Positions 39,813 to 54,411 are shown, counted from the first letter of the stretch. The stretch: DNA of 64,000 nucleotides from Octopus sinensis (GCF_006345805.1 NC_043006.1:56110001-56174000), one strand, 5' to 3'. Notes: generated by a model from the letters alone, not told the origin. Numbers and translations are program-made.

Positions 39813-40623
39813 ATCTTATAATTAAGGGCTAAAGAAAGTTATTCTATAGCCAATACACTGATTTATCCACTTATAATCCACTTGTTACAGGAAAATTGAA
39901 CTGAAAGCGGGCAACTAACCTTTAGAAAATTTAAATTTCGTTATCTCTATATTGAATCAATTTCGGAATTAATCCCTATAAAGGATATATTCTTCTTCAG
40001 TAGACCTTACGAGGGAACATAAATAAAATACTCACATGTAATCATGGAAAAAGCAGAAGCTAAAAACACAACTACATTTAAGTACATCATTTATATCTAA
40101 ATATAAAAATTCCTTGGTCAGTCTCAGAACAACGTGTTGACCTATCGCCGCTACATATTGTAATGGTTACCGGTCCCCTTGTAACAAGCAGTGAGTTTAC
40201 TACTAACAATATAGGATGAAGTCCCTTTCTCTACAGAAAAGGATTCCATCAAAAAGCGTGGCAGTTTATTAAAAAAAAACATTTACGGTTGAAGTATAAG
40301 CATCTTATAATTAAGGGCTAAAGAAGGTTATTCTATAGCCAATACACTGATTTATCCACTTATAATCCACTTGTTACAGGAAAATTGAACTGAAAGCGGG
40401 CAACTAACCTTTAGAAAATTTAAATTTCATTATCTCTATGTTGAATCAATTCCGGAATTAATCCCTATAAAGGATATATTCAGTGTATTGGCTATAGAAT
40501 AACCTTCTTTAGCCCTTAATTATAAGATGTTTATACTTCAACCGTAAAGGTTTTTTTAATATACTGCCACGTTTTTGATGGAATCCTTTTCTGTAGAGAA
40601 AGGGACTTCATCCTATATTGTTA

Positions 40624-40626
<3 letters not shown>
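39813..40626. repeat. Composite repeat: ~180-bp direct repeat overlapping a ~150-bp-arm inverted repeat
   Basis: 39813-39992 repeats at 40302-40481; 40201-40350 is the reverse complement of 40480-40626; bounded by (TA)n. Confidence 0.85.
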
Positions 40627-40661
<35 letters not shown>

Positions 40662-41201
40662 ATCTTTACCTTTTGACCTACAGATTTAAAAATATTTTTT
40701 TGTAAATAAACACGTTCAAACTTCGGACACTAGTAGAATGTGTCAATATAAAACATCTTTTACCCTTAGCATATTTGAGAAAAACTTATATTTACGAAGT
40801 TATTTCACGTTTAAGTTCTCGCATTACGGTAATTTCAACCAATCAGCTGAATAAAATTACTGCCGTTTTTTGTCAACAACAACTATCGGCGGTGTATTTA
40901 AGTCGGGTGTTTACGGTGTGTTTACGTCTCGGTAACTTAGCGGCTCAGCAAAAAAAACCTTAAGGGATAAGTACTAAGGTCGTTCGTTCGACTAAACCCT
41001 TCCAAGGCGGTGCCCTATCTTGACCGCAGAAAAATGACTGAAACAAGTAAAAGAATAAAAGAATCTATATATTGTATGTTACTACAGTTCTATACTTAAG
41101 AGATGAGGAATTATGTTCATTATTTACATTATTTACATTATTAATAATAATAATATCGAAAAATACCTTAGGAATGAGACCCTAGGTTCGAATTTTCCCC
41201 A

Positions 41202-41248
41202 AGACACCCGATGAATGATGGAGGGTATATCAACCGAAACGTTGTGTT
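41202..41248 (+). ncRNA. Degenerate hammerhead ribozyme motif (U4C)
   Basis: agacac-CCGATGA-..cc-GAAAC-GTT-gtgtt; stem II weakened. Confidence 0.45.
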
Positions 41249-41959
41249 AACAACAAACAAGATGAGGACAAATATCCGTCAAATGTAAATAATTTAAATA
41301 ATTGGATGTTAATAGTTCAAATATGCTTGAGGCATTTTCGAACACGTAAGAAAGCATCGGTGGCGTTGAGAGGGGAAGCTGGTCTGCATGGTGGATGATT
41401 GATGGTCTTCCATGAGCGACCTTGCTCGGACTTGTGTCTCGGAGGGGGACTTTCTTGGTCATTCATGACCGAAGGGAGTCTTTACCCTTTTAAAGCATAT
41501 TTAAACTCGTAACGCATTTGTATTCATACACATCACTGCTTACATCTTCTGTTACGTATTTTACGTACGGTTAGTAACCGATTAGCACAACCACACACAG
41601 AGTGATGACGGGAAACGAGAAGAGGTGTATGTTTCTTGCTTGTTCGTATCGTCCTCCTCTTAGTATCTGATACTAAGGAGGAGATAACCACTCAAAAATG
41701 CATGCATTCATCAACGAATGGTTTTCGTACGAGTTCGAATATGACTCAATCATATTTGAACTGATATTTATACACACCACTGCTTAGCGCTTCTATTCTG
41801 AGATTCTACACAGTTAACTTAGCCAGCACTCACTCAGCTACCGACTATATGAAGGTAACGAAAGAGACAGGGTTTTAGAAGAAGCATGTGTTTCGCACAA
41901 ACTGAAACGGAAAACGTAAATATAAGCAATGATTTTGTAGCATTGATTATACAATATTT

Positions 41960-42172
41960 GGTTCTAAATTTTGGCACAAGGCCACCAAGTTGGGGGAATG
42001 CTTAAGTCGATTACAATGACACCAGTGCTCAAGTGGTACTTAATTAATCGACTCCGAAAGAATAAAAGGCCGAGTCGACCCCGGCGGAATTTAAACTCAA
42101 GGTAAAAACAAACTAATTCCTGTTAAGAATTTCGCCCGACGTTCTAACTATTCTGCCAGTTTGTCGCCTTAT
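41960..42172 (+). repeat. Dispersed repeat family member (other copies 53872-54070 minus, ~14605-14700 partial)
   Basis: Shared ggtact..atcgac..gaaag..aaaggc..gtcgacc.cggcgg motif. Confidence 0.6.
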
Positions 42173-42738
42173 ATTGATCACATATTTATCAGTTATATGC
42201 AATATAAACATATTTGGATTAAAATAACCATAAATGTTCACTGATATTTCAGTTAGATTCCCGGCTGAATGAAATAAGTTATATGCAAAGATAAAAGTAT
42301 TGGATTAAAATAACAATCTATGTATCATACTCAATTTAAATACACCGTTGAAAGGCGACTTATTGTGACATTTCATCCTGATATAACATCTCTTCTAGAC
42401 GTGCTATATTTAAAAATACAATATATAACGTAAGGAAATGAAAATCATGCCAGTAGCGTCTAGCAAGGACGCCATATTCGGGCGGCAATTCGTAATACCG
42501 ATGAATGATTATTCATTATTTCCTGTTTATCATGCGCAAGAAATCTCGTTCACATATATGGTCGACTGCGAGTAAGTGTCCTTAAAAATGTCCATAGAAG
42601 CATGTATGTATGTATGTATGTATGTATGTACGTACGTATGTATGTATGTATGTATGTATGTATGTATGTATGTATGTATGTATGTATGTATGTATGTATG
42701 TATGTATGCATATATATATATATATATGTATATATATT

Positions 42739-42778
<40 letters not shown>

Positions 42779-42797
42779 AAGGGAGAGAGAGATATAC

Positions 42798-42831
<34 letters not shown>

Positions 42832-42944
42832 GCGTCATCGACTCCTCGCTAATATCCAGGATTAAAAGATATGTAAACACATAGAAGCAAACACACAATC
42901 ACACATAAAGATAAATACATAGACAGATAAAGAGATAGGTAGAT

Positions 42945-43160
<216 letters not shown>

Positions 43161-43278
43161 CTCAGATATATTGACTCAGATATAATGTCATTCGAAGACT
43201 CATTCAAAAACGTTATTTCAATATGTTTCTTTTGCTTTATTCTTTCAGAATTTCGTGAATAGTTGAGCCACTCATATC

Positions 43279-44756
43279 ATGGAAGAATTGAAGTATATTC
43301 TCATAATTTCTCTTTTTAAAATTTACGCTCATGCACAAGACCCTATAATTGATACTACCACTGGAAAAATTAATGGATCAACAATTTCAGTTCAGAATTT
43401 TGATCTTGATGTATTTCTTGGAATACCATTTGCTAAGCCTCCTGTTGGTAATCTAAGATTTAAAAGACCTGAAGAAATTGAACGGTGGAGTGGTATAAAA
43501 GAAACGAAGAAATATGCTTCATCATGTGAACAACCTATAACTGATAATTCTAATGATACTGCAGATGTAGATCTGTGGGAAAGTAATTTAAGTGAAGACT
43601 GTCTTTATTTAAATATTTGGGCGCCAACAGAAGCACGGAAGACCCGTTCAAATTTAACCACGATGATCTGGATATATGGAGGTGGATTTATTTCTGGATC
43701 AAGCGCGAAGGATGTGTTAGATGGGCGATGGTTAGCTGTTAGTCAAAATATTATCGTTGCATCAATAAATTACAGACTAGGGCCCTTTGGTTTCCTTTCT
43801 TTAAATGACGAGCGTGCTCCGGGTAATATGGGACTGCTTGATCAAAACCTTGCCATCAAGTGGATTCGCGATAATATTGCATCATTCGGCGGAGATCCTG
43901 ATAAACTGACACTATTTGGACAAAGTGCTGGTGCAATATCTGTTGGTATGCATGTTATTTCACCAAAGTCTCGAAATCTTTTCAGAAATGCTATTATGAT
44001 GAGTGGGACACCTAACACTAACAATGTATTTAAGACAAAAGAGGAAAATATTGATAGAGCGAAAGAAATGGCTGCTTTCCTGAAATGTCCAACTGAGAAC
44101 GATGAGCGTATGTTAAATTGCTTTCTAAAAGCCGATGCTAAAAATATAACAGTGGGACAATATCAAAATTTTAACGAATTGCGCGGAATTCCCTTTTCCC
44201 CCATTATAGATAACTATTTCTTACAGAAGAGTCCAAACGAAGTTCTGCAAAGTAAAACAATTAAAAAAGATGTGTTGATTGGATTTGTTAAAAACGAAGG
44301 AACTTTCATGCTTTTATTAACTAACCCGCAATATTTCACACCAAATGGAATTGCTCCGATAAACAAATCTATCGCACATAAATTAATGAAAAATTATTTG
44401 GGAGCAGAATTAAGTCCTGCGCAGCTTGATTCCATCTTTTATGTTTATGGTTCACATGTCTACACTTCTGAAACTGAAAAATACGCATACATATTAGACC
44501 AGGTACTTGGAGATATCATGTTTAAATGCCCTGGTATTAACTTTGCCCGGGTATTCAGTAACCATTCCAACCTTTATATGTATTCTTTTGAGTTTCTCTC
44601 AAATTCTGCGCCCTGGCCAGAAGGGAAGGGTGTAAGTCACTCGAACGATATTTATTACGTGTTTTCTCATGAAATATTTGCAAAAAATTATTCATCAGAA
44701 GACAAATACGTATCAGAAATGATGTCAAGTTATTTTGCAAACTTTTCTAAATCAGG
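43279..44756 (+). CDS. Acetylcholinesterase-like carboxylesterase copy D, main coding exon
   Basis: Signal peptide MEELKYILIISLFKIYAHA; EDCLYLNIW; WIYGGGF; GQSAG; KNEG; VSHSND; donor tcagg|gtaag. Confidence 0.95.
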
Positions 44757-44813
44757 GTAAGATTAATTTTTATCTGACATTTTGGTTCTTTGTTGGGCTT
44801 TTTCTATTCTCGC

Positions 44814-44868
<55 letters not shown>

Positions 44869-45141
44869 TACACACTCACACACACACACACACACGCACA
44901 CACACACATTCACACATATACATGGGTTCAAACTTGGATATGTGGTAAGATGTTTATTTTCCAGCCATAACGTTTTAGCCTCAGCTCTACTGCATAGCAC
45001 GTTTGGCAAGTCCCTTTTGCTATCAACCACGGGCCAGCCAAAGGGGTAATCGGGGAACCCCAGTGTCCGAGATTTTCCTGAGCACCAATAGCAAGTGCCC
45101 ACTCCAATTCCTTCTCTCCGACAATAATAATAATAATAATA

Positions 45142-45176
<35 letters not shown>

Positions 45177-45707
45177 TAATAAATGCCCTGATGCAGTACC
45201 AGGCAGTGGCTCTCATGGCTTCTGATCTTAACTGATTGGAAGTGTTATCATGTACATTGTTTTGTCTTGGTATAAAGAATGGGCTACAGCAAATATTCTG
45301 CTCAATACCACAGATTTGCTTGTCAGTTGTTTTACCGTAACCAGTTGAGCATGTCCCTTAGTGGCTGACGATATGTGCATCTCTGATCACGAGCAGAAGT
45401 AGTGGGGGAGCATCATAGCCATGTGTTGAGAGGGATTCTTTTTGGGGTTTGAATAGTTCACCTCTGGAAACATGGTGGTTCTTTCAACATCCTTAAACAA
45501 CCCTTATTCAGGGACCGTTTGAGCGGGATGGGCTACTCAACCTGAAGAAAATTCTAACTGGGCCCCACCTGCAAGGTCATGTGCTGTTTATCTTGATATG
45601 AGATCATCATGTCGCGCACATATGGTTGTGATGCATGTGCCTGGTATATTGGGCTTCGTATATTTTACCCCAGTGTCACTTTGATGGCATGAACTGCTCT
45701 CTCACTC

Positions 45708-45740
<33 letters not shown>

Positions 45741-46479
45741 TAAAATAATAATAATATTAATAACATCAACAACAACATAGGATGTCCTACGATTACAGCA
45801 TGGATGTTCTACACCGGGCTCTCCATACAAAACAAATCTAATCTAATAACATCGGTGGAATGGGATAATGGAATCTGTGGAAGACTTGAAGGATGCGGCC
45901 TTTTAACGAAAATAATCACAAAAACGAAATTCTACTGCCATACAAAGCCCTGTTTCTCCCATGCACGATGTCTCTGTGCGAAAGACACAGACAAAATCAA
46001 CATCGAAAGGTTTACAAATTATAAAATATAAGTGGAACAAAAGTACGTAAATTGATTAATTACGCATACACTCGAATGTCTATACAATCCTATGTACATT
46101 TTAATACCCATAGAACTATACAAACATCCCAATGTTTACACAACTACGTGAAATTTACAGGACCCAGATACACGTATATGGAAACACGTGTCACAAACGA
46201 AGCAAAAAGTAACAAAACAATGTTTTTCATTTTCCGAACTAACATAGAGTGAACAATTCATAAGTTTAAAAACATCACAAAAAACTACGCTCGGAGATAA
46301 GTCTGTCAAAAAAACAAAAACAAGAAAACAGACGAATACAGATTTGTTAGCCTTAAGAAGCTACGTTACGAGCAATGTTTCCATTCAGAGAATTCGGAGG
46401 CGTGTTGTCTCAAAAACTTCACTCTAAACAGATAGATCCGTCCCCTAATGTCAACGTACAAGCTCGACATGCCTCATTA

Positions 46480-47612
46480 ATAACGAAGCCAAATACACAC
46501 CGAATCCGCCGTCAACTGAACTAGATGATCTAAAAAGTCAAATTATGATTGAATGGTTGATAATTAAAGAAACTAGTATGAATGAACGTGACACTCTCTC
46601 AAAAGTCCGCAATTCTAACCAAAACCTGAAAATAATAGTTAAAATCCGCCTTGCACTTAAGGATATAATTTCAGCTAATGATGATATAACAGATCTCAAC
46701 CACCTGTACTATGCATCCGCGAAAATCTCAACGATTCTATGTGGTGAAAAGATTACAAGTGACAACATTCCCACAAAAAGCCTACTTGGAAAGACTGTAT
46801 TCAACACCAAATGTAGCTATTTAGGTGTGACATAAAATGTTTAAAAAACATTAAGATTTACAAGACTCTCAAACCAACAAAATCCGAAAATTAAAGAAAA
46901 AGTATAATATGAAAACCATACTTGACATCGATGCCACCATAGAAACTATCAAGCAAAAAGTACGTGCTAAAGCTGCCCGCATAGCACGGTATTAAAAGCG
47001 CGTTAGATTCTTCAAGGACTACAACACGTTCAAAAATAACCCAAAAACTTTTTATAGAAGATAGGGAAAATACCAATTACAGTAATGTCTGTCATATCAA
47101 AAGAAGAATTGCGGAAAATTTGGGTGGAAGAAAATAAAAAGGCCCCTTGGAGTGATAGAGTATCTACTGACTTAGACTCCTTAGAAGAGCAAAAGTAGGA
47201 GGGTATCAAGGTAGAGGATGTAAGATTTGCTCCCCAGGAAGTCAAGCAAATGGAAGACTCCAAGAAAAGATAAAAGTCCTGACTTCTGGTTGAATGCCTT
47301 CCCAGAGAATCATGAACTGCTAACAAAACTTTACAACAATGTTTTGCAACAACCTAGTATCATTCCTTCTTGGCTAGTTAATGGTGATACATTCCTAGTT
47401 CCAAAAAATGAAAAAAAAAACAAATGAACCAAAAAGTTATAGACCCATAACCTGCCCAACAACAATGTATAAAATACTAACATCTGTCTTGACTGATTAT
47501 ACCTATAGTTTTTTTAATAGAAAGTGGCATATTCCTTAATGAGCAAAAGGGATGTAAACGTGGATCCTATGGTTGTAAAGATCAGCTACTCATCAGTTAG
47601 ATGATCTTGGAA
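46480..47612 (+). mobile_element. Degenerate R4/Dong-clade LINE RT fragment
   Basis: WKTP..DK..FWLNAF, YRPITC..TMYKILTS, EQKGCKRGSYGCKDQLLI across stops and frameshifts. Confidence 0.75.
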
Positions 47613-47859
47613 GAGTCTGTTCATATAACCTATGCCTGTTCATATAACCTATGTCTGTTCATATAATCTATGTACCTAGCCGTCTGTATGTCTGCCTGTT
47701 TACTTTCATATCTATATCCTTACATACATGGGCATATACATATACACATATACATGTAGACATACACCCACACACACACACATACATACATCTATCTACA
47801 TAACAACCCAATAAGTATTCTACTCTACCTGTATAAACTGTGGGTATGGGGGGTATGAT

Positions 47860-48280
47860 ATCTACAACATATATTTCCTATTTAGTATTGGTTTCATTTA
47901 TGAGGGCGTACTCCTGTATTTGTCTGAGTGTTGGGTCCTTTGGGTGCTTGCATACGATGCAGATGTCAAGTTGACCCAATGCTTCTAGATGTCTCCCCTA
48001 TGTATGCCATGTCCATGTCTGTACATGTACCTTCTGTGTATCATGCTGTAAACTACATTTCTAGTTCTACAGTTAATGTCAGGGCTAATCCCACGTACCA
48101 TGCAGTTACCATTGGTACATATGGGATTCTCAAAGGGGTACGTCCTACATAGCTGTGATATGACGGAGTTCCCTGGCTTTTTAACAATCTTAATGTTGAA
48201 TTTGGTCTACTTCAGAGCAGCTCTCCTGAATCTACGGGCTAGCTCTTCATAGGCTGTGGCCTCTACAAACATAATGATAA
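47860..48280 (-). mobile_element. Degenerate PLE linker/GIY-YIG fragment (family of 54813-56280)
   Basis: MFVEAT..ELARRFR, KIVKKPGN, ICTNGNC..NCRTRNVVYS, YIGETSRSIG. Confidence 0.7.
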
Positions 48281-48691
48281 TAATAATACTTTCATTTGAA
48301 AAAGTAAATGTATTGAGACACACACTGACACTTATTTTTTTCCCTGCAGCTCTTCTTGGTTAACAATTTTTTGCGAATGATTTCCAGGAGTAAAACTAGA
48401 GGGTGGACAACTTAAAGCAGCAAAATTCCCACTTCAACTACATCTAGAACAACAAATTTCTCCAATTCTCCCCAGTGACCAGCTATCCAACCCCTGTAGC
48501 AGTGTAATTAGCAGTTAAATCGTACTATGAAATCCTGTCGTTAAAATGGTACTTTGTCGATCCAGAGAGAATGGCAGGCAATTAATATAAAGGCCCCTAG
48601 TGATTTACTGCACGAAATCTTGTCTGACGGTATATTCTAGCAATACATCTATATTCATTGCCTCAAATGCTACTTTTTTTCTTTTCTCTAG

Positions 48692-48876
48692 TAATCCTAA
48701 TAATGGAGATTGTTCTGATTGCTCCAATGATCCATGGCCAAAGTTCACACTCGAAAACCAGAAATATCTTGTGATTGACAAGAAACCAAACATGAAGACC
48801 AGAGAGATTTCTACGTACAATTCATGCGACTTTTGGTCAGATCTTTTCCTTCGATTAAAGAAACGTACTTGTCCAG
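48692..48876 (+). CDS. Esterase copy D, second coding exon
   Basis: GNPNNGDCSDCSNDPWPKF..KYLVID..SCDFWSDLFLRLKKRTCP; 185 bp; canonical AG/GT. Confidence 0.92.
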
Positions 48877-50137
48877 GTAATTTTTTTATTAATCCCTCTA
48901 TCAGTTTCTGTTGACATACCGTCATATTCATTTTAAGTACTTTTTACTTTCCTTCAGAGACGAAGAATTTGGCAAATTCTACTGTAGAAATATTGTTCTG
49001 TACTTTTCAGGTGTAATCACTTAAGAGTATTAATATGCATGCGCCTACATTTTTCATTGTAATCATTTTTTTGCCAGGGAATGCAATAAAACTAATAAAT
49101 ATTCGTTTGTAATAATTTTTTGAATTATATTTCATTATTGATGATTGAATTAAAATAAAAATTTTATGAATGAAAAATGTAATTATAATTGTAAAAAATA
49201 TTAGATCTTATATCTTCACTGTATATAAAAGTTTTATATAGAAACAAAGTGCATAAAACGAACGCGCCAAGAGAGGAAGTGCAAAAATTCATTATAAAAA
49301 ATAATTTTCTATATAATAGTGAATATTTAATGTAATAATAATTTTATTAAGTAATCAAGAAATAAATGTGCTATATTCATATATAGTAAGAAGAGCTAGC
49401 AAGAAGAGGTATGAGAATATATCAACTATATGGCAAGAAGAGAATATGATCATATGAATAGTAAAGCCATAGCTAATATAAAATTTTTAAAAATGCAAAA
49501 ATAGCCATTGCATTCACTGTAAGGCAGTAGGTGCTACCTTGTTAGGACAATGTTAGTTCGTGAGTCGAAATTGATGCAAAATAAAAACAAAGCCATCAAT
49601 TCAGCTACAGTTCTTGTATAGAAAATTTGAATCGTGCTACTCTGAAAATCCAGTCATAGTATCTGAAAGCAAAAGCCTTGACAATTTACCGCAAGAATTA
49701 ATAATCTAAATTCTGCTACTCTTAATATCTAAAAATGTAAACATCATCTAATTTGGTTGAGAATGGAGTTAGTGACGAAGCTTAGAAGTGGTCGCAAGTG
49801 AGTAAATGTTGACCTTAAGAATATTATTAATACACTACCGTGTGTGAATGATATTAATTTCATATTCATTATTGGAGCCATCAGTAAATCGAAACGAGTT
49901 AATAATCAACATTTTCAATAATAATAGGTACACGAAATAGTATTACAATCTAACCTTTTATTGGTTTCATTTTATGTATAGCATCTGGGCATTCTAGAGG
50001 TATTTATATCATCTTTTTCCCTTATATAGAGTATTTGGGAGGGGGAATATTATTTAATAATGATTTGATAGGCTTGGGTGGGGGAGACACTGAAGTCCGT
50101 TCTATTGATCATGTACAGAGATATCATATATTTCATC

Positions 50138-50330
50138 TACGAGGGGGTACTGAAAGTTCCTGGCTTTAAAGGTGTCTCGAAAGGCCTTGTTGGAGGCCAA
50201 ACCTTCCGAGTTCTTTTAAAGAGTTTAAAAAACTGAAGGGCCACTGGAGAAAGTGTGTGAATCTGAGAGGGGAATATGTTGAATGAAATCATAATTGATC
50301 CTCCTGTATTTTCGTACACCAAAAAGCAAC
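50138..50330 (+). mobile_element. Internally deleted mariner remnant in the last intron of copy D
   Basis: TIR tacgagggggtactgaaag; KKLKGHWRKCVNLRGEYVE*. Confidence 0.7.
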
Positions 50331-50418
50331 GTACATACGATAATTATTACTTGTAATTTCAATATGATACAAATCAACAAAATTAATGGTGAATATTTTA
50401 TTTCATTGTATTTTTCAG

Positions 50419-50507
50419 TACCAAGTGGATCAAGGAATATTTGGACTTTCCAGGGAAGACTAATGACCTTTTTCACACCCATTCTCCTCTCTTTGATTTT
50501 GTTTTGA
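50419..50507 (+). CDS. Esterase copy D, terminal exon encoding a GPI-signal-like tail
   Basis: (V)PSGSRNIWTFQGRLMTFFTPILLSLILF*; total CDS 1752 nt = 583 aa; AATAAA at 50580-50585. Confidence 0.8.
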
Positions 50508-50674
50508 ATGTTTTTGATTTAATGTTACGTCAGTTAATTACATCACTCAATTAAAAATTAAAGCCAGTTTTATGTGATTAATAAAATGATTTTGCTATAC
50601 TTTGTATTTTGTATGTATTAAACCAAATACATTTACATATTATCATATTATATTACATACAGACACACACACAC

Positions 50675-50714
<40 letters not shown>

Positions 50715-50733
50715 TATGAATGCGTGTGTATAC

Positions 50734-50777
<44 letters not shown>

Positions 50778-50959
50778 ACTCACACACACATATATATACG
50801 CAAGAAGGAATACAACCTCGATTAGCTAGCGTTGTGAAAAAATTTTCAGAAACGAAATTTTTCGAAGCTAAATCCTTTCTAATGAACGTGGTGTTATCTC
50901 CCTGTAACTGATTCTAGTTGTGTCCGAAAAGGGGCAGATTATATACTATTTCCGTTCCC

Positions 50960-51235
50960 TTGCCAGTAGGTGAGGAATTTGATGTCTCCAACATAAATTT
51001 CCTGCACCGAATTTAAGAAGATCCCTGGGCAACCAAAGTTTCTATCGTCTGCTCCCGTTCAGGTATGGTCGAGTTTCGTTCCGGGAGCTTCCGTTTAATT
51101 CATGCAAGAATTACGCACTTCCTATCACTGGTAGTTTACCAAAGAGGTAACTCTGCACTTCTCTCGGTTCTTAAAAGAGAACCTGTTGTTATTAGTCCCC
51201 GCTAAAAGAGATCCTCCGTTGCTCCAACATATTTC
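50960..51235 (-). mobile_element. Possible degenerate PLE GIY-YIG fragment
   Basis: KYVGATEDLF..R.NN..SFKN..TSL across frameshifts. Confidence 0.45.
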
Positions 51236-52113
51236 CGTGAATGTGTCCTTACATTACAGGTGATGTTGCTGTCACTATTGCTGCTGGTTCTGTTGTTACT
51301 GTCGGACGCGTTGTTGGTGCTGCTACAATTGTTGTTGTTGCTACTTCTATCGCTGCCGTTTCTGCTGTTACCTTCGGATATGCTCACGGTACAGCTGTTG
51401 TGTTGCTATCGCTGCCGTTACAGCTGTTACTGCTGAATGACTTCGCAAATGGATCTGCGTCGCAATCGACGTTGAGTCCTTCAGTTGTTTTATCGATTAA
51501 CCAGCATTACCAATATTTATGCTGCTCACTTTTCCGTGGTCAGGTTTACTTTGTCGGTATTTGCGGAATATGCAGTGATGCTGTTTGTTTGTGTCTAGGG
51601 GGAGTCATTGCGTTAATATTAATAATAATAATACATGCACAGGTTCAATAGGTAGGTAAATAGATAATACGTGCCGGCATGTACATACATGCACACATAA
51701 GAACACACACACACACACAACACACACAAACACACAAAAACATACGACCATACACACACCCAACATATACGCACGCACTCAAGCATACGTAAGCTCACAT
51801 TACATGCACATATATGCACAGACAGATGCACATATATACACATACAGATGCACATATATACACAAGGCATTCACATCAGCATACACACACATCTGCAGGG
51901 ACACACGCACACACACACACATAAATATATATGCGCGCACAGGAACAAAGAGTCACGCATATATACGGACAGAAAAAACACACAGGCAGAACACACACAC
52001 TGATACACATGCACGCACACATACATACATCATCCATACATACATACATAAATAAATACATACATCATGCATACATACATATTTACATACACCATGATGC
52101 ATACATACATACA

Positions 52114-52145
<32 letters not shown>

Positions 52146-52239
52146 CATACATACATACATACATACACACATACATACATAGTAGTTATCTACTCTTTAT
52201 GCAGAGTTTGACCACCTGCTATATCTACATTTTATTACC

Positions 52240-52690
52240 GTCATGTCATCTGATGTGGCTTTTTAAAGACACCCAAATATATTGTACCTCCGATTTGGGC
52301 CACCAAGAGCTGGAGATAAGTTCTGCTCTTTGTGGATTTTAAAATGTCTTTTGAGGCCTCCGTTGGATTTGCAAACTTTCTCGCATACACTGTATTCAAA
52401 GGTGTGCACAGACATATAGGCAGAATAGTTGGCTGGATGTTCGTTTTCCATGCTTTCGCAGATGAGATTTGAAGCCAGCAAAAGACAGGCATGGTCTGTC
52501 ACAGACTATGCACGCAAAAAGCTCATTGTCATTCACCTTCTCGATTGTTAGAGTCTTCCTAAGATCTCTTTTGAATTTTACTTGCGTTACCCTGACCTCT
52601 TCAAATGCTTTCACTTCACTCCACACGTTTGTGCGCCATCCAACTCGATCCGAAGCAAGAGTTTCTATATCTTCTGGAACCATTCCAAGT
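52240..52690 (-). mobile_element. RTE-clade LINE 3' end with C2H2-like fingers
   Basis: ETLASDRVGWR; CIVCDRPCLSFAGFKSHLRKH; VCEKVCKSNGGLKRHFKIH. Confidence 0.7.
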
Positions 52691-53408
52691 GATTTATATA
52701 TATATACATATATATATTATATATATATATATATTTATATGTGTGTGTGTATTTATGTGTCTGTGTTTGTTCCCCCACCGTCGCTTGGCAACAAATGTTG
52801 GTGTGTTTATGTCTCCGAAACCTAGATAGAATAAGTACTAAGCTTGCAAAGAATAACTCCTGAGATCAATTTCTTCGACTAAAGAGTAAAGAGTATACAT
52901 AAATACACACATATACACATGGTCATTACTCCCTCTTCAAGGAGAGTTGACGTTTCATTTTGATTCCTCGTTGTCAATATCATTACTTACTTTCCTTCCA
53001 TATCTTAGATAACTATGTGGTCCCGCTGGAGATCTCCATAGCAGTGCGTTTCCAACTGGATAATTTCACTTCTATCGCAACACTTTCATCCCCATCGAAC
53101 TTTGGGTAGATGAAATGAAAAATGACGAAATGAGATGACCAGTAAAGGTGTGAAACAGCAGGTTTTACAATAGCACGTTTCGTTCTCAGAAAGATTTTGT
53201 GACAACATGTAGGAGTCACTTGGTCGCTATGGTATTGATTGGATGGATTTTGATGCCCACTGGCTTCATCCGCCCTTTGACGGGTCTAGTTATTCATTTC
53301 GCAGGGTGTACAAAAACTAGTTTACTCTCCACGTAGACTTGGTGGCTACGGACAACCCAACTATGAAGTAAATTTCTACTGGGTTAGATACATACATACA
53401 TACATACA

Positions 53409-53439
<31 letters not shown>

Positions 53440-54307
53440 TATTAGTATTAGTCACCGACTCGATTTTACGAAGAATAAAGAACATTTATCTGAAAGAAAA
53501 TAAACATATACGCATACATGAATATCAAGCTCTAATTGTTAAAATTTCAATGACAGCATTCTCAATCTATGAGAAAATACAAAATAATAAAATACACACG
53601 TAGGTAAACACCTATAAAAACACCTTTGTAGAAACTGATTGACATATCGTGAGATTTCTTTCAGAATAAAGCAAAACAACATGTATATATTACCATTTAC
53701 AGTATGTAGGTCAAATCAATTACGTAATCATTAAATATTAGACCTTCCCACGCTTACATATACTCACACAAACACGTAACCACACAACACACTCACACAT
53801 ATCGTTTATTCTTTTATGTGACTGACAATACTGGTGCATTCCGTTGAAAGTCACTTATTTACTTATTGGTTAAAACGGCGAGGTGGTAGAATCGTTTGCT
53901 CCTCATGACAAAATACTTAGCGTCATTTCATCTGACTCTTTACGCGATGAACTCAAATAACGCCGAGGTCGATTTTGCCTTTCATACTTTCGATGTCGAT
54001 AAATCGAGTACCAGTGGAGCAATGAGGTCGATGTTTTCGAATCTCTTCAACCCCAAACTTTCATCTCTTAATCGTTTAGTAAAGTTAGGTGAAGTTTGCT
54101 ACTTAGTCTGTCTTTTCTTGCCGAACTGTCGTCTTACTGAGTCGTAAGCAACCGTATTCAAGGTGACAAACGGAAAGCGTCAAACACAAACATGCTCTCT
54201 TCCCCCCTCCCTCTCCCACTCTCTATCCTGCTTTCTTTTATTTAAGCATACCTACATAAAACAGATATATATGCATATTTATATATACATACATATAAAT
54301 ACATAAA

Positions 54308-54411
<104 letters not shown>

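Noticed and set aside
51241-51651. 136-aa hydrophobic ORF
   Set aside because: Derived from degenerate (GTT/GCT)n repeats adjoining a TE remnant
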